Of a stretch of 64,000 nt of DNA, positions 60,338 through 64,000 are shown one piece after another. The notes under the pieces are model-generated. The model was not told the DNA's origin, did not search any database, and saw only the letters and a program-made list of their open reading frames with translations. The stretch covers positions 801,285-865,284 of the forward strand of contig CAVVHE010000008.1 in NCBI GenBank assembly GCA_963748015.1. The letters run 5' to 3'. The stretch comes from Terriglobia bacterium. GTDB taxonomy: Bacteria; Acidobacteriota; Polarisedimenticolia; Polarisedimenticolales; JAIQFR01. Position 1 is the first letter of the stretch. Each line of letters begins with the position of its first letter. A program made the position numbers and the translations under genes.

Positions 60338-62171
60338 CCTTCGGGCGCGGCGCGGTCTTGCGCGGCCGAGGCCGCGAGGAACCGGCCGGTCGCTTGACGC
60401 GCCGCGGTCTCGGCAGCGCGACCCGCGCGCCGCCGGTCCCGGCGTCGCGCCGCCTCGCCGCGAGCCACTCGAGGAGACGGTCGAGCGGAAGCGCGTTCAG
60501 GACGTCGTCCCGCGTGCACCCTCCCTTGCGCGCGATCCCGATCCCGTACTCCACGTGGGCGAGCCCCTCCACCTCGTGCGCGTCGGGGTTCACGCTCGTC
60601 TTCAGCCCGCGCGCCAGGCCGAAACGGAGCGCCGGCGCGTCGAGGTCGAGCCTCTGGGGATGGGAGTTGATCTCCACCGCGACACCGCGCTCCGCGGCGG
60701 CCTCGAGAACGCGGTGCAGCTCGAGCGGGTAGGCGTCTCGGGCGAGCAGGAGCCGGCCGGTGACGTGACCGATCGTGTCCACGTAGGGATTCGACACGGC
60801 CCGGACCAGCCGGTCGGTCTGTTCCTTCGCCCCGAGAGTGAAACGGCTGTGGATCGAGGCGACCACGTATTCGAATGAGGCGAGGGCCTCGTCGGGGAAA
60901 TCGAGGGCGCCGTCGGGGAGGATGTCCACCTCGACTCCCTTGAGGACGCGGAACTCGCCGCCGTACCGGGTGTTCAGCGCGTCGATCTCCTCCCACTGCC
61001 GACGGAACCGCTCCATCGTGAGCCCGCCCGCGTACGCTGCCGCCTGCGAGTGGTCGCAGAGGCCTAGGTACCCCATCCCGAGAGCCCTCGCCCCTTCGGC
61101 CATCTGCTCGATCGTTGCGAGCCCGTCCGACCAGACCGAGTGGCAGTGCAGGATGCCGCGCAGATCGCGGAGCTCGACGAGCCGCGGGATCCGTCCCTGC
61201 TCCGCGGCCTCGAGCTCTCCCTGGTCCTCCCGCATCTCGGGCGGGACGAACGCGAGCCCCAGCGCGCGGTAGATCGCCTTCTCGTCCGGGCAGGGAATCG
61301 CGGCGCCGTCGGTCTCGCGGGTGAGGGCGTACTCGTTCAGCTTCAGCTCGAGCCGTTGCGCGCGCCCGCGGAGAGCGATGTTGTGGGCCTTGCTCCCCGT
61401 GAAGTACATCAGCGCGAACGGGAACGAGGCCGCCGGCACGACGCGGAGATCGGCGGAGGGGCCGGCGGCGAGACGCAGGCTGCACCGGGTCGGCCCCCTT
61501 CCGGTCACCTCCGCGACGCCGGGGGCCGATGCGAAGGCCTCCATCACCGGCTCCGAGTCGGCGGCGGCGACCACGATGTCGATGTCCTTCGAGGTTTCGC
61601 AGCGACGCCGGACCGATCCCGCGACCTCCGCCCGGATCGTCTGCGGGACCGCTCGGACGACGGCGAGGAGCCGCTCCGCCTCCTCGCGGACGACCGGCTG
61701 CAGGAACCGCCCGGCGTGCGCCCGCAGCCGCTCGATCCCGTCGAGGATCTTTCTTTCGGTGGCCTCGCCGAAGCCCGGCAGATCGCGGAGCCGCCCCTCG
61801 CGACAGGCCTGCTCGAGGTCGTCGAGCGTCGAGATCCCGACCGCGAGGTGGATCGCCCGCGCCTTCTTGGGGCCAAGGCCGGGGACGCGGAGCCAGTCGA
61901 GCATCCCCGGCGGGACCTTCTCGCGAAGCTCGTCGAGATAGGGAAGCGACTCGCTCTCCAGGAGTGCGGCGATCTTCTCCGCGAGGGCCTCGCCGATCCC
62001 CTTCAGCCGGCGGATCTCGCCGGAGGTCACGAGGGCGCCGAGGTCCTCGTCGAGGCCGCGGACGACCCGCGCGGCGTTGGAATACGCCCGGCTCTTGAAC
62101 GGGTTCTCGCCCAGGAGGTCGAGGAGGAGCGCGATCTCGTCGAGCGCGTCGGCGACGCCGGCCCGGTCCAT
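60303..62171 (-). CDS. polX: Family X DNA polymerase with PHP phosphoesterase domain
   Basis: 622 aa. FKSRAYSNAARVV, LKGIGEALAEKI, GSVRRRCETSKDIDIVV, HCHSVWSDG (PHP). It has a basic Gly/Pro/Arg/Lys C-terminal tail, and its last 35 nt overlap nth. Confidence 0.9.
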   Translation of the reverse strand: MDRAGVADALDEIALLLDLLGENPFKSRAYSNAARVVRGLDEDLGALVTSGEIRRLKGIGEALAEKIAALLESESLPYLDELREKVPPGMLDWLRVPGLGPKKARAIHLAVGISTLDDLEQACREGRLRDLPGFGEATERKILDGIERLRAHAGRFLQPVVREEAERLLAVVRAVPQTIRAEVAGSVRRRCETSKDIDIVVAAADSEPVMEAFASAPGVAEVTGRGPTRCSLRLAAGPSADLRVVPAASFPFALMYFTGSKAHNIALRGRAQRLELKLNEYALTRETDGAAIPCPDEKAIYRALGLAFVPPEMREDQGELEAAEQGRIPRLVELRDLRGILHCHSVWSDGLATIEQMAEGARALGMGYLGLCDHSQAAAYAGGLTMERFRRQWEEIDALNTRYGGEFRVLKGVEVDILPDGALDFPDEALASFEYVVASIHSRFTLGAKEQTDRLVRAVSNPYVDTIGHVTGRLLLARDAYPLELHRVLEAAAERGVAVEINSHPQRLDLDAPALRFGLARGLKTSVNPDAHEVEGLAHVEYGIGIARKGGCTRDDVLNALPLDRLLEWLAARRRDAGTGGARVALPRPRRVKRPAGSSRPRPRKTAPRPKGGKGGGRGGKE

Positions 62172-62174
62172 TCG

Positions 62175-62897
62175 TCAGCGCTCCACCGTCCAGCGGAGAT
62201 ACACTTCGTCGCCGTGAGCCTCGCAGCTCGCGAGCCGGAGGCGCCGCCGGGCGTCCATGGAGAGCCCCTCGCCCTCGAGGAGGGTGGGTGCGAGGCGCCC
62301 GCCGAGCAGGCTCGGCGCGACGGTCACGTGGATCTCGTCCAGGAGGTCCGCCTCGACGAATCCCCAGTTCAGCTCGCCGCCTCCCTCGACGAGCAGGCGC
62401 TCGACGCCCCGCTCGCGCAGGCGGCCAACCAGCTCGACGAGGTCCACGCGCCCGCGGCCGACTTTCCACACCTCGCAGCGGCCCTCGAGTGTCGCCAGCC
62501 GGGCGGCCGGAGCGTCCTCCACCGTCGCCACGATCCTGACGGCGGCGTGCGCGTCGCGGAAGAAAGCGGAACCCGGGTCGAGGTCGGCGCTCGCGGTCAC
62601 GACGACGTTGAGGAGGCCGTCGGGCTTGCCGAGGGACCGGCGGAAAGCCCGCATCTCGGGATCCCGCACGTGCAGCGGAGGATCGTCCGCCCGGAGCGTG
62701 CCGGCGCCGACCAGGACCGCGTCCGCCTCCGCCCGGATCCGGTCCATCGTCTTCCGGTCCCGGGCCGAGGTGAAGGTGGGGTACTCCCGCGAGGCCGACG
62801 TGATCTTGCCGTCGGCCGTCATGGCCATGTTCATCGTCACGAACGGGCGCTTCAAGTTCTCTCCCCCGGGCGCGATTATTCTACCCCCGCCCGCCAT
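62175..62897 (-). CDS. RibD C-terminal domain / dihydrofolate-reductase-like pyrimidine reductase
   Basis: C-terminal 240 aa of track ORF 62175..63638. Start ATG 62897. [16 protein letters not shown]..., [42 protein letters not shown]. Confidence 0.8.
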   Translation of the reverse strand: MAGGGRIIAPGGENLKRPFVTMNMAMTADGKITSASREYPTFTSARDRKTMDRIRAEADAVLVGAGTLRADDPPLHVRDPEMRAFRRSLGKPDGLLNVVVTASADLDPGSAFFRDAHAAVRIVATVEDAPAARLATLEGRCEVWKVGRGRVDLVELVGRLRERGVERLLVEGGGELNWGFVEADLLDEIHVTVAPSLLGGRLAPTLLEGEGLSMDARRRLRLASCEAHGDEVYLRWTVER

Positions 62898-62984
62898 GAA
62901 ACACGCTCCCGCCGGGTGCGTAATGAAGGATCCGGCAACCGGGCTTGCGCCGCGGACGGAGGGTTCGTGCGCGCGCCCGAGGTC

Positions 62985-64000
62985 ATGGAGGCGTCGATGT
63001 TCCTGCGCAGATTGATCCTGATCTTCCTGTTGGTCGCCGCCGTCGCCGGCGGGCCCGCGCTGGCGGCCCCGGCTCCGGAGGCCGCGAAAGGCCTCGCTTC
63101 GGGGATCGACATCCCGTACCAGAAGTTCGTGCTGCCGAACGGCTTGACCCTCATCGTCCACGAGGACCACAAGGCGCCGATCGTCGCGGTGAACGTCTGG
63201 TACCACGTGGGGTCGAAGAACGAGAAGCCGGGGCGGACCGGGTTCGCGCACCTCTTCGAGCACCTCATGTTCAACGGGACCGAGAACTACAACGACGACT
63301 ATTTCAAGGTGCTCGAGAAGGTCGGCGCCACCGACCTCAACGGCACGACCAACGAGGACCGCACCAACTATTTCGAGAACGTCCCGATCTCGGCCCTCGA
63401 CACGGTGCTCTGGATGGAGTCGGACCGCATGGGGCACCTCGTCGGCGCGATCGACCAGGGCAGGCTGGACGAGCAGCGCGGCGTCGTCCAGAACGAGAAG
63501 AGGCAGAGCGACAACGAGCCGTACAGCCTGGACGAGGAGGCGATCGCCAAGAGCTGCTTCCCCGCGGGACACCCGTACTCCTGGACGGTGATCGGCTCCC
63601 TGGAGGACCTCGGCGCGGCGAAGCTCGAGGACGTCCACGAGTGGTTCAAGTCGTATTACGGAGCCGCCAACGCCGTGCTGGCGGTCGCGGGGGACATCGA
63701 CCCCAAGGTGATCAAGGAGAAGGTCGAGAAGTACTTCGGGGACATTCCCTCGGGACCGCCCGTGTCCCGTCCCGTGGCCTGGATCGCGAAGCGGACCGGC
63801 TCGCAGCGCCAGGTCGCCCAGGACCGCGTGCCCCAGGCGCGGCTCTACAAGGTCTGGAACGTCCCCGAGCGCACCTCCGCGGACGCCGACTACCTCGAGC
63901 TGGCCGCCTCCGTGCTGGCCTCGGGGAAGAGCTCGCGGCTGTTCAAGCGCCTCGTGTACGACGACCAGATCGCGACGTCGGTTCAGGCCTTCGTGGACCG
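62985..64000 (+). CDS. M16 (pitrilysin) family zinc peptidase, N-terminal part (runs off the right window edge)
   Basis: Not in the ORF track (no stop in window). Manual translation from ATG 62985 (alternative ATG 62997) gives [29 protein letters not shown]... The inverted zinc motif is HxxEH in [14 protein letters not shown], followed by [12 protein letters not shown] and RGVVQNEKR. Confidence 0.85.
   Translation, partial: MEASMFLRRLILIFLLVAAVAGGPALAAPAPEAAKGLASGIDIPYQKFVLPNGLTLIVHEDHKAPIVAVNVWYHVGSKNEKPGRTGFAHLFEHLMFNGTENYNDDYFKVLEKVGATDLNGTTNEDRTNYFENVPISALDTVLWMESDRMGHLVGAIDQGRLDEQRGVVQNEKRQSDNEPYSLDEEAIAKSCFPAGHPYSWTVIGSLEDLGAAKLEDVHEWFKSYYGAANAVLAVAGDIDPKVIKEKVEKYFGDIPSGPPVSRPVAWIAKRTGSQRQVAQDRVPQARLYKVWNVPERTSADADYLELAASVLASGKSSRLFKRLVYDDQIATSVQAFVD

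Overview
High-GC (roughly 68-70% by eye) bacterial chromosomal window, densely coding on both strands, with about 55 supportable CDS. I could not run homology searches, so all calls rest on motifs I recognise in the supplied translations and on manual reading of the DNA. Most long ORFs in the six-frame track are antisense or out-of-frame artefacts typical of high-GC DNA, and several real genes start well inside the listed ORF. Content: (1) Housekeeping and repair genes: purF, serC, a serA-like gene, ispH, dinB, nth, polX, yajQ, cvpA, AlkD-like and AlkA-like glycosylases. (2) Transporters: MFS, two DMT/EamA, a NitT/TauT-type ABC system followed by two OmpW-like barrels, and an ArsB/NhaD-like permease. 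(3) Three secreted zinc metalloproteases. (4) A 12-blade Kelch-like repeat protein. (5) An ECF sigma factor and TPR Ser/Thr kinase pair divergent from a large secreted zincin. (6) An operon of PP2C phosphatase, LytS-like kinase, LytTR regulator and a bactofilin-like membrane protein. The only accessory-looking locus is the 2.1-kb gap between a DMT gene and serC. It holds two copies of a nested REP-like hairpin, a 276-bp imperfect palindrome, and a complete IS110/IS1111-type insertion sequence with 11-bp inverted repeats and a ~290-nt 3' non-coding arm, which is a candidate bridge/seek RNA. The most unusual candidates for undescribed biology are: (a) a ParA/MinD ATPase fused to an AMPK-beta/CBM48 glycogen-binding module, coupled to a Walker-A-dead ParA paralog and divergent from a CYTH-CHAD protein; (b) a PP2C phosphatase and a histidine kinase that share the same membrane sensor domain in one translationally coupled operon; (c) a 515-aa tandem-fused, signature-split ThyX-like protein coupled to cvpA; (d) a ClC channel gene broken by four single-nucleotide frameshifts within about 420 bp; (e) an unannotated 59-aa sORF. 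I saw no CRISPR array, tRNA or rRNA.
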